DNA from: Balanoglossus misakiensis
Taxonomy: Eukaryota; Animalia; Hemichordata
DNA length: 64,000 nt
Assembly: GCA_040954595.2 (NCBI GenBank)
Contig: CM082587.2
Span: 5,134,206-5,198,205 of the forward strand
Reading direction: 5' to 3'
The notes below the pieces were generated by a model that saw only the letters and a list, made by a program, of their open reading frames with translations, did no database searches and was not told the origin of the DNA. Shown piece after piece: positions 54,471 to 64,000 of the stretch. Every line of letters starts with the position of its first letter. The stretch's first letter is position 1. Both the position numbers and the translations under genes were made by a program.

Positions 54471-55196
54471 CTTTTATAGAATCCGTCTTGTCGTACGAAC
54501 AGCGTCAGTGCCTTTTGGACCTCTGGTGTAAAGGCCACAGTTCGCACGCAGACAAACGTAGACAATTATTTCACACACTTTGAGTGACCTACATTTCATA
54601 GGTTCATATGAGGTCGTGTACTTTTGTCTCTCGCTTTGTTCGTCCACAAGGGGCGCTAGCACATAAAAATGCCTTCAGTGAATCAGTTTGTCATGAATAA
54701 AAACATTTGTTTAGAATTTGTTTATTTCTCACCGGGATTTCTCATTTGATTAAATTGCATCATGACTATTGTCTACATTCTATTACTAAAGACAGACATA
54801 TCTGTATAGTTTGGAAACAATTTTAAAAGATATTATTCACATATCTGTACAGTATATAATTTCCTAGGGTGCAAATATGACTTTCTTCTTCAGACAATGT
54901 TAACTTTGAAGACGAAAGATGAAGGAAGTATGTAATCGTTCAAAATTGCACTATTGTAAGTTCAAGCAAGTTATTGATATAAAACTGTAACCCTCTACCA
55001 GTCTTGGCCCAGTATGAATCATGTCGAAATGATTACATTGAGATCCACACATACACAGACACAGACGCACATACTACACGTGTATGCCATGTGTTCAAAG
55101 CATTCACACTGTCGGACAGGTTGATGTAACTCGAATCTGTATCTGTCAACGTGTGTCTTGATTGGTCGACCTGCAGGATTCGTTGCTGGGGCAACT

Positions 55197-58100
55197 TTAC
55201 AAGGGATATTCTCCAGCCTTGGCCTTGGCAGTGAGCTCTCTGGCGATGATGATTCTCTGGATCTGTGATGTCCCTTCGTAAATCTAGTATAAATGTGGAA
55301 AGATGGCATTTGGTGACCACTTCTGCCAACGGTTTTAGCTAAAAATATATTTTTCAACTTATCGCAAAGGCCAGCTAACATAGCCATACAAGTATTCTTT
55401 TAATAGTCATGAGCGTGAAAAGTACCCTGAGACAAGAAAAATTCTCACCTGAAAAATCTTGGCGTCTCTCATGAGTTTCTCCACTGGATATTCACTGTTG
55501 TAGCCATTCCCGCCAAAAACCTGCACTGCATCCGATGCGGCCGAGTTGGCCACGTTGGATGCGAGCTCCTTGGAGATGGACGAGAGATACGTGTTGCGCT
55601 CTCCCTGGTCAGTCTGCAGAGCCGACTGGTAGGTCACAAGTCTGGCCGATGCAATGCCGATGGCCATTTCGGCCAGCATGAAGGCCACTCCTTGATGCTG
55701 AGATTAGGTAGAAATCATCGGTAGAAATCATTCATTTATTAATTAATAATATTAAGAGCTATATTCTCATATTTTGCCACAGCTCAGTGGGAATAATATT
55801 TACCTGTGCAATGGATTTTCCCATCGTCTTCCTTTCCAGTGCATATTTTGTGGCCTCATCGAGAGCCCGCTGAGCCAGACCAACAGAGCATGCTGCCGTC
55901 TGCAAATCACAACAAGTACTTTCAGTGCATTTTCAAAGTTGCAATTTTATTTGACTGTTTTGTCAAATAATCGTCAGACACAACAACACATATGCATCAC
56001 CTTGGTTGTTGCCATTGGCAATTCTGGCCACCTTACATAGGTTTTTACGTCCTGCTAGGGGGCCAAAAAACAATATGATAATTGCATTCTGGGAAAAAAG
56101 TTTGACAACTCTCTTTAGAGGACATGATGAGGTGAATGTTAGTATGAAAGTGATCAAAACGCTCAAAAGAAAATTGACAAAGTGGCTAATATATTGTCAA
56201 TCATCACGTGACTCTCTTACAGGCGGTCTTGTCTTGTCGAATGCCAGCATGGCAATCTTGAACCCGGCCCCTTCACCAATCAAAACATTCTCCTTCGGAA
56301 CCACAACGTCTTCAAATGTGATGCCGCGGGTGTCACTGCAACGCTGCCCCATCATCCATTCCTACATACAAAACAAACATTAAAGGGGCATTGGCTATAA
56401 TTTTTATCTTTATTTCCAGTATTTATCTTTTCTGTACCGAACTCCAACATGGAAAGATTAATTGGCTGATGGAAAGAATTTACTCCGGGGTGAACGTGGT
56501 CTGATTTTTATTTGAGTATAAATTTAATTTTAATTACTTTTCTGCCCGGTCGAAGCCCTGGTGTGTCAGCGTCCACGATGAAACCGGTAAACGATTGACT
56601 GGTTCTCGTGCTAGGGTCGGAATCTGTGCGCGCCAACACGAAGTACCAGTTGGCCATTCCGCCATTGGTGATCCACATCTTCTGCCCGTTTATGACGTAC
56701 TCATCCCCTTTCCTGACGGCTCGGGTCTGGATACCGGCAACATTGGACCCAGCACCTGGTTCAGTCACTGCATATGCCTTTTTGAATATAAAAATGCATT
56801 GAAAGTATAAATTACACAGGTACACTGCATATATACATTTATACAGTCGAGTTGTTTGATTTTTTTGTAAATTATATTAATGACCCCACACAACTTTATA
56901 AAATATGGAAGTAATATTTAAAAAAACTCACACACATGAGTGGTTCTTCTGTGAGCCTCCCCAGGTACTTCTTCTTTTGTTCATCTGTGCCAGTGAAGAT
57001 GACAGGTATTTGCTGTGTGTTTTAAAGACTATCGTCAATCTGAGGAACACTAGGGAGTACGAGTCCAATACTGGATTGGGAAACGGTGACAATTTTAGCA
57101 ATGCTACCTATCCAGCCGGCCTTAGTGGTTCAGTCCAAACCCATTGTTTTCTATGGTAAAGTCAGATCTCTAAAGAGGGAACTGGGGGTGATAGGGTTAA
57201 GAGTCCACATTACTTCAAACCCAAAACCTGCTTAAGTTACTTCATCAATCATCCTTACCCCAAGTGAGTTAGCAGCAGCTGACACTCCAGTGCACCCATA
57301 GGCAATCTCTTCCAGTGCTATGCACGTCTCCAACATACCCAGCCCAGGACCTCCTGAGATATCAAGACATATATGACGTTATCTGTTGGTGTCTAGAATC
57401 TCATATCACCCCTTGTGGTTTAATAATTTGCAAGCAAAAGCGACAGGTGGACCTGTACCACAAAGTGAGGCAGTTGACTTTTTTTCGCCTTTCCGAAGTT
57501 TATCCAACAGCTTATCTTGCAGTCATGATGTGTTTGCATGTCGGTTCTGCAGTGGATAGTTTGATTGGATGGCTGCTCAATCAACAACTATTCTGATTGG
57601 ATAATGACTCAGGGGTTTGAATAGATTAGGCATTCTCATTGGATGCCTTACAAGAACACCCATCGAATCACAATTTGGTGCACAGTCCCTCCACACAGTG
57701 GTTGGTGTTACTCTTTGATTGGCTGAATGTGACCTATGATATCAAAGGCACTATATATTTGAACCCAAGTACTATATAATTTTAAACTTCGTGGATTTAC
57801 ATGTGGTTTAATATTCTTGTGTTTGAAGCAGCATCATTGACAAAAACTCACCATACTCCTCTGGAATTGTTGGATTCAATAGTCCCAGTTCCCACAACTT
57901 TGTCAGAATTTCCTTTGGATACTGTAAAGAGATAAAGTGGCCCTGGTAAATATAAGCCAACAAAAACAAAAACAGATAATAGTTTGTCCAGATTTTTTAA
58001 AAATGATTTACTCACTGCTCCTGTTCTGTCCATTTCAGCAGCTTTGGGAATGATCTCTTCTCTGGTAAATTTCCGCAGGAGTTCCTGGATCTGTTTCTGT

Positions 58101-58943
58101 TCTGAAGTCAACTCTTGGAAACAAATTTTTGAAAAAAAAAAATTAGTTTGAGGCAAACTTCACCTCTGATTTTGGATTAATTGAACTTGCAAAAATTTAA
58201 TGTCATATAAAAATAAACAGTTAATATAATTATTGTATAAAAATGAAAAGTTGCACCAATTAAAGTTGACAACAACTTACCAAAACAAAGTCCTGCATTC
58301 TGTGGTTGATTCGGGTCATCAGCCGCTCCATGGATACTCGACTTCTGTTGCCACCCACAAACCACACTCAATCTGCAAAAATTCTACCCAAAAATTGGCT
58401 GCTACTAATTACAGGGCAATATATGTCACAGACTGCCAAAGTAGATTTGCGATTATTTAAATGTGGGCATATCACCTGAAGTAGCTGGGGATTGTTTTTG
58501 CCAGATTGCACAGTGGTTATGCAATGCCATTATCAGTTCTGCATAAATTACTGAACATGGCTTGTGATCTGATGTCCAATGGTGATGTACAGATATGTCA
58601 TTCTTTTTTCCCCGGAGACAAATTTGAACATCCTGAATTTAGAACCGTACACAGTAGCCTTGCAGCCGAGAGATTGATTACCAGAATTTGCTGTCAGACA
58701 CTTGTATTCAGATCAGGGCTGGTATGACAGTACAATTGTTTCATTCAAAACCAGGAACTCGCTTTATGAATAACATACAGCTACCTGAATGTTTATTTAA
58801 ACACATGTTCGTGGCAGCCCTGCATGACCCGAGAGTTGGGACCATAGACCCCGGAGAATTATGTTGGGAACATTATTGCAGCCACCACCAGGCAATAAAC
58901 TCACCCCAGTGCGAAGACCTCTGACCAAACTACGCAGCGCCAT
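55197..58943 (-). CDS. Medium-chain acyl-CoA dehydrogenase-like, copy C
   Basis: [19 protein letters not shown].. to [28 protein letters not shown]; 3-codon in-frame deletion in exon 5. Confidence 0.86.
57103..57200 (-). mobile_element. Copy of the TTAA MITE in an intron of ACADM-like copy C
   Basis: Reverse complement of 11316-11412; ends AGGGTTAA. Confidence 0.72.
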
Positions 58944-60219
58944 TGTCATTCAGTGCTTGAACAAGGGCAGCTCCAATCTTGGGAGATTGCAATTGTGGCA
59001 CACAGCAGTGACTTATCGTGTCTGTAATCTGGATGAACTTTGAACCCATATCTAGCCGTTGGCCGTCACACCAAAGGCAGATGTGTGTGTGGATTTCTCT
59101 TGCTTTTGCATAGGATACCCCCCAGAAAAGCTATCTGGTATTAATCTCACTGAACATGCCACACTGGCACCAGGCCTCCAACCCACGAGGCAGACAGTGC
59201 AGTGTAGATATTGTAACGCTCCTCTGGGTCCCATTTTCATATCTCGTCATCAAGTACATATAGGTGGAAATTCGTGGAAAGATATCGTATCTTGACATCA
59301 TTCCTTCCACCGATGGTCCCATTAAAGCTGAAGAAACCGACCATGGCCAAATTCAGAAATTTAATTTAATAATCAGTTAAAACAAGAAATGATCTGCCAA
59401 TATTTCATTTTCAAATCCACAAAACTGAACACCACTGGTATTATAAGATGTAAAAGAAAAAATGCATTGCTTGTGCTTCTTATGAAGTATCTATTTCAGT
59501 CAGCTGATTTATATATTTCATTACATATATTAAAATATGGCTATATAACACAATTTTCAAACAAAAAACAACATTTCTGTGAATGCACAAGACAGAACTG
59601 TTGAAGTCCACTCCAGACTAGAATTCCTCTGTCAAAAACAACAAGTTGCATGTATGTACCGGCTGTGCAGCCTAGCAAGGCCTGCCGTGCTAACCTGTCC
59701 ATATCACTCTGCTTGGCTGCACAGCCTGTACATACCTGCAGCAGGCAGAGTAGAACAAGAAACTGTCACAGACGCAGCAGAGAAATTAAAATGCTAAAAA
59801 CAGGGCCAAAATTTACAGCAAATGTGCATTGAAAGTACAATAAAATATGTACATGTATGCAGAAGCGATATTATTTATTAAGTTACACAATGCTTAAAGT
59901 ATAAATTCCTTCTCTCTGTATTAAATGAGCTTTTTATTCCCTTCTCATACACCCTGCCCCCAGTAGAAATTCAGCTTTATTCTCAGCTTCAACAACCATC
60001 AGGAAAAGAATGTAAATATTATTTACAACTGTCAGTGAACAAGTTACATATTAAAACAGCTCTGTCTGCATAGAGAACACATTTTTGCCTATCATTTAAA
60101 ACTCTATCCATCGTAAAAATCATACTCTTTGGTGATATGACTGAAGCACCCGATTGGCTATCAGCAATGTCACATGTGCACCATGTGACCTGAACGCTGG
60201 TTCCCAGTTGGTTGACTGC

Positions 60220-63200
60220 CTAGTGGCCACCTTCCTTGACCTTGTTGATCCACTCTCTGGAGATGATAACTCTTTGGATCTGAGCAGTTCCCTCGTAGAT
60301 CTGGGGGGAAAGAGAGCAAAATATTAAGTATAGAGAGTTAAAAACCAAATTTTGACTCCATTGGTAAATGTACAACCCCCTGGGGTTTAGTGACAGTTAT
60401 ATGGAGTGAATGTGTGGTTGGTGTAGTCAAACTCTGTGGGGTGTCTGATAACCATACCGAAAAATGTGCAACTGTACTCAGCCACACAAATAGCTGTCAA
60501 TGATGCTGTTGGGACCAACGTATAGAGAAACTGGGTATTGAACGTTCCTGATACCAAAGAAATCTTTCACTGCAACGACGACGTTACCTGATAAATCTTG
60601 GCGTCTCTCATGAGCTTCTCCACCGGGTACTCGCTGTTGAATCCGTTGCCGCCAAACACCTGCACGGCGTCGGTGGCTGCCTTGTTGGCCACGTCGGCCG
60701 CCATCGCCTTGGCGATGGAGGCGTAGTACGTGTTGCGGTGCCCCTGGTCGATCTCCCACGATGCTTTGTAGGTCAGCAGTCGGGACGCTTCGATGCCGAT
60801 GGCCATGTCGGCTAACATGAATGACACGGCTTGATGCTGCAATTGAATTATGCAGTATTTTTTAGTCAGAGGAACGATAGGTAAAATTGAAAGTGTTGTC
60901 ATTTTATTTGAATTCTTCTACGTAAGAATAATAAAAAATAGGGATCACCCTGTCAAAAGGGATACTTGTGTTCACCTGAGCAATTAATTTTCCCATTGTC
61001 TTTCTCTCCAGTGCATATTTAGTCGCTTCATCCAGAGCTCTCTGTGCCAGACCGACCGCTCCAGCTGCAACCTAGGAACGGAAGGCATGGAAGACGGTTA
61101 GCGTGTGTGTGCAACCCCCTCTGACTGATACCAATTGGTTCGACCCCAATTCTCTGTCAAATGCAAGGTGAGCCCAAAATGCTTGGTATGTGGGTGGCAG
61201 GTTTGAATTGTGCTGTTACTGTGCCCGTCCATGCCAACTCTTGAACACGGTGCAATAATTGGTTAAAATCATCAAAAAAAACAAAAACAAAACTCACAGG
61301 TGGTCTCGTCTTGTCAAAGGCTCCCATGGCGATCTTGAAGCCAGCGCCCTCGCCGATCAACACATTCTCCTTGGGAACGAGGACATCCTCGAAAGTGATG
61401 GCGCGGGTGTCGCTGCAGCGCTGTCCCATATTCCACTCCTACAGCGCAACAACACAAAAAAAAAACCTAGGCATTTAAATCTGCTTCACGGAGGCGAACA
61501 AGAAACCATGATTGGTGCAGAGAACAAACACTGAAAAAAATAAATAGTCAAAAGTTACAAAAAGTTGACCTTAGATTCTCACTGCACCAACCTTCCTGCC
61601 TGGTGTAAGTCCCGGCGTGTCCCTGTCCACGATGAACCCGGTGAACGCCTGGCTGGCGGGGGTCTTCGGGTCGGGGTTGGTCCTGGCCAGAACGAAATAC
61701 CAGTTGGCGTGTCCGCCGTTGGTTATCCACATCTTCTGGCCGTTCAGGACGTAGTGGTCGCCTTTCTTCTCCGCTCTGGTCCGGATTGCGGCCACGTCCG
61801 ATCCCGCGCCGGGTTCGGTCACACCATAGGACTGTTGGCACAGACAGTATACGTGTAAAGGTAGTTACATCCATAATGTCAAAGCAGACCCTGTATGCCA
61901 GTCTTCAAGATCTGGTTTCACAAAATGACCAGCAATGGTACTGTTTTCCAAACAGGATGCCAAGACAACCATGCAGTACTCCGCTTATCAACATAACCTC
62001 ACTGTTATTGTTGACAAATGAATTCTAGTCCGGACTTGAATTCAAAATTTTGCACAATAAAATCGTTAACTATATATATATAAGTTAATTTAAATAAGCT
62101 GGATACTGATCATGTCATCATGCTTCAGGGATTTGAACAAGAAACTGCAGTGGTAAGATAGACAAAACAAAATTACAGAACAGAGGGAAAAGTTACAGCT
62201 AATGGAGCTTTAACTCACACACATGAGAGGCTCCTCCATCATTCTTCCCAAATACTTCTTCTTCTGTTCCTCATTGCCAGCCAGAATGACTGGCATTTGC
62301 TGCAAAAAGTCAAATCAAATCAAATCGATTCATCATTATTAGACTCTGCGATGGCAAATGGCCGACCCAACGAAACTGACATTCTCGGTGAAATGAATAG
62401 TGTTTTTTATACCACTTATAGCTCAACAGGTGACTTACCCCGAGCGAGTTGGCTTCAATGGCAGTCTGTACACCTGTGCATCCATAGGCTAATTCCTCGG
62501 TTACTATGCACGCATCCAAGATGCCCAATTCGGGTCCACCTGGATAAAATACAACAAAAGCCACTTAACCCTGGTCCTGATAATAATGGAGGAACACATC
62601 AATCTTTTGCAAAAAACACCGACTATCAAATTGTTTTGCTCTGGGACAAGTACGAACTTGTTTGGACATGGATTGGAGAGGAGAGTGAAAATAACTGCAG
62701 CCGGGAGGTTGTTACCAAATACATTGTTTGCTGTTTGTCGTCAGATGTAATACTTTCAGCACGAATGTGGACCCAGTCTCCCGTTTACACAGTCATGCAT
62801 GCACGGTTGGGCTAAAGGTCGCCTTTTGGGCCATAATAATTTCAAGGTTATCTCAAATGTCAGGCTTTATTGGGCACTGACAGCACCCTCGCTGGTGGGC
62901 ATATATTCAAACACACTTAGGGAGTGCTCTTCGCCGATTTCAGACCACTTAGACACCTGAACATGTGCTGTATTTCTCCTGGTGCGAACCCATCTCCATT
63001 CAGGATGTATATTTACAACACAGGTGAAGAATGATACAGGCACTCACCGCAGTTGGCCGGAATATGGGTATTCATCAGTCCGAGCTCCCATGCTTTGGTG
63101 ATAATGTCCATGGGGTACTGAAAAAGAAGGACCACACACTCTTGAGATTCTACATAGCATAACCCTTTTGTTACAACGGTTTGGTCCAAATCCATTATTT

Positions 63201-64000
63201 TCTATGTTTAAGTGTTTATTTTGTTATGCTATGCTGTCAGAAATTCCTGAGTAGAACACTGACACTGTCAAGAAAGATAAAATCGCTGCTAACAGTAAAG
63301 TTTTCTTGATTAAAAACATAGTGTAATCTGTAGACATGTTGATATTTCTCAAAAGTTACCTCTCCCGATTTGTCATAGTCTGCAGCTTTTGGGATAATTT
63401 CTTCTCTTGCGAATTTCCGGGCCAGCTGTTGGTATTCCTTCTGGTCAGGTGTCAGCTCTGGTGATGGCAAAACAGAATGAAAAGATGATGATCAAGTTTT
63501 ACACTGACACTTGTTTTGATGTACTGTATTGACCACTGTCAGAGGATTTGTCATAAAATGCTTGAATTCTTCAAAATCCAATATTTCTCATCGTTTTTTT
63601 TTTACTTTTCAGTCACAGTTTCTGGATCTGGAGGCAAATTTTGTGCCTCACCGTGCTGTATAGGAAGTGGAAAATGATGATGATACGCAGAACAAAAAAA
63701 TGTATTCAAGTCCAAACAAGTTATTATTCACTTTAATACAATTACATGTACAACCTAATGGGTTACTTGTTGTATCATGCACCAGCCTAACATGGATTAT
63801 TCATTTCATATTTGTCATCAACAATTTTTGCATCACATTTTTTCTTTTTTTAATTGTAGTTACTGAACCATGGTGGCATATTGTCACAGCTGTTGAACAC
63901 TAGAAAGACGCCATAGCAAGGGAAAAAATCTGCGAATCACACAATAACGTACCAAAACTGAGACCAGCTGTTGAATTCCCCGAATCAGGCTCTGCCCCCG
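60220..64000 (-). CDS. ACADM: Medium-chain acyl-CoA dehydrogenase, canonical copy D (5' end outside window)
   Basis: [89 protein letters not shown]: the most MCAD-like copy. Confidence 0.92.

Noticed and set aside
58477-58530. Alternative first exon [18 protein letters not shown] for ACADM-like copy C
   Set aside because: Exon 58943-58905 ([13 protein letters not shown]|GTGAGT) has a stronger donor and a more typical mitochondrial leader
59050-59330. Coding-looking degenerate segment between ACADM-like copies C and D
   Set aside because: Multiple stops and no family I can identify; would need a tblastx search

Overview
This window is intron-rich animal genomic DNA (GT-AG introns), most consistent with a marine invertebrate; the taxon cannot be fixed from sequence alone. 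Most short ORFs in the track are exon fragments or noise, so genes were assembled by hand from splice sites. In order, the window contains: two small Thr-rich GPI-anchor-type peptide genes (0.3-5.6 kb); an intronless, microbial-type SMP-30/gluconolactonase; a full-length BUB1/MadBub kinase gene head-to-head with CCDC151/ODAD3; a third tiny GPI glycopeptide gene; and a four-copy family of unrecognised 6-Cys secretory proteins whose C-terminal RDEL signal has decayed differently in each copy. After these come a phospholipid scramblase gene, two intronless DUF985-type cupin genes, and four tandem ACADM-like genes with diverged substrate-pocket residues. Mobile DNA includes an LTR with an unusually long tRNA-Pro primer-binding site and a ~90 bp TTAA-flanked MITE family.
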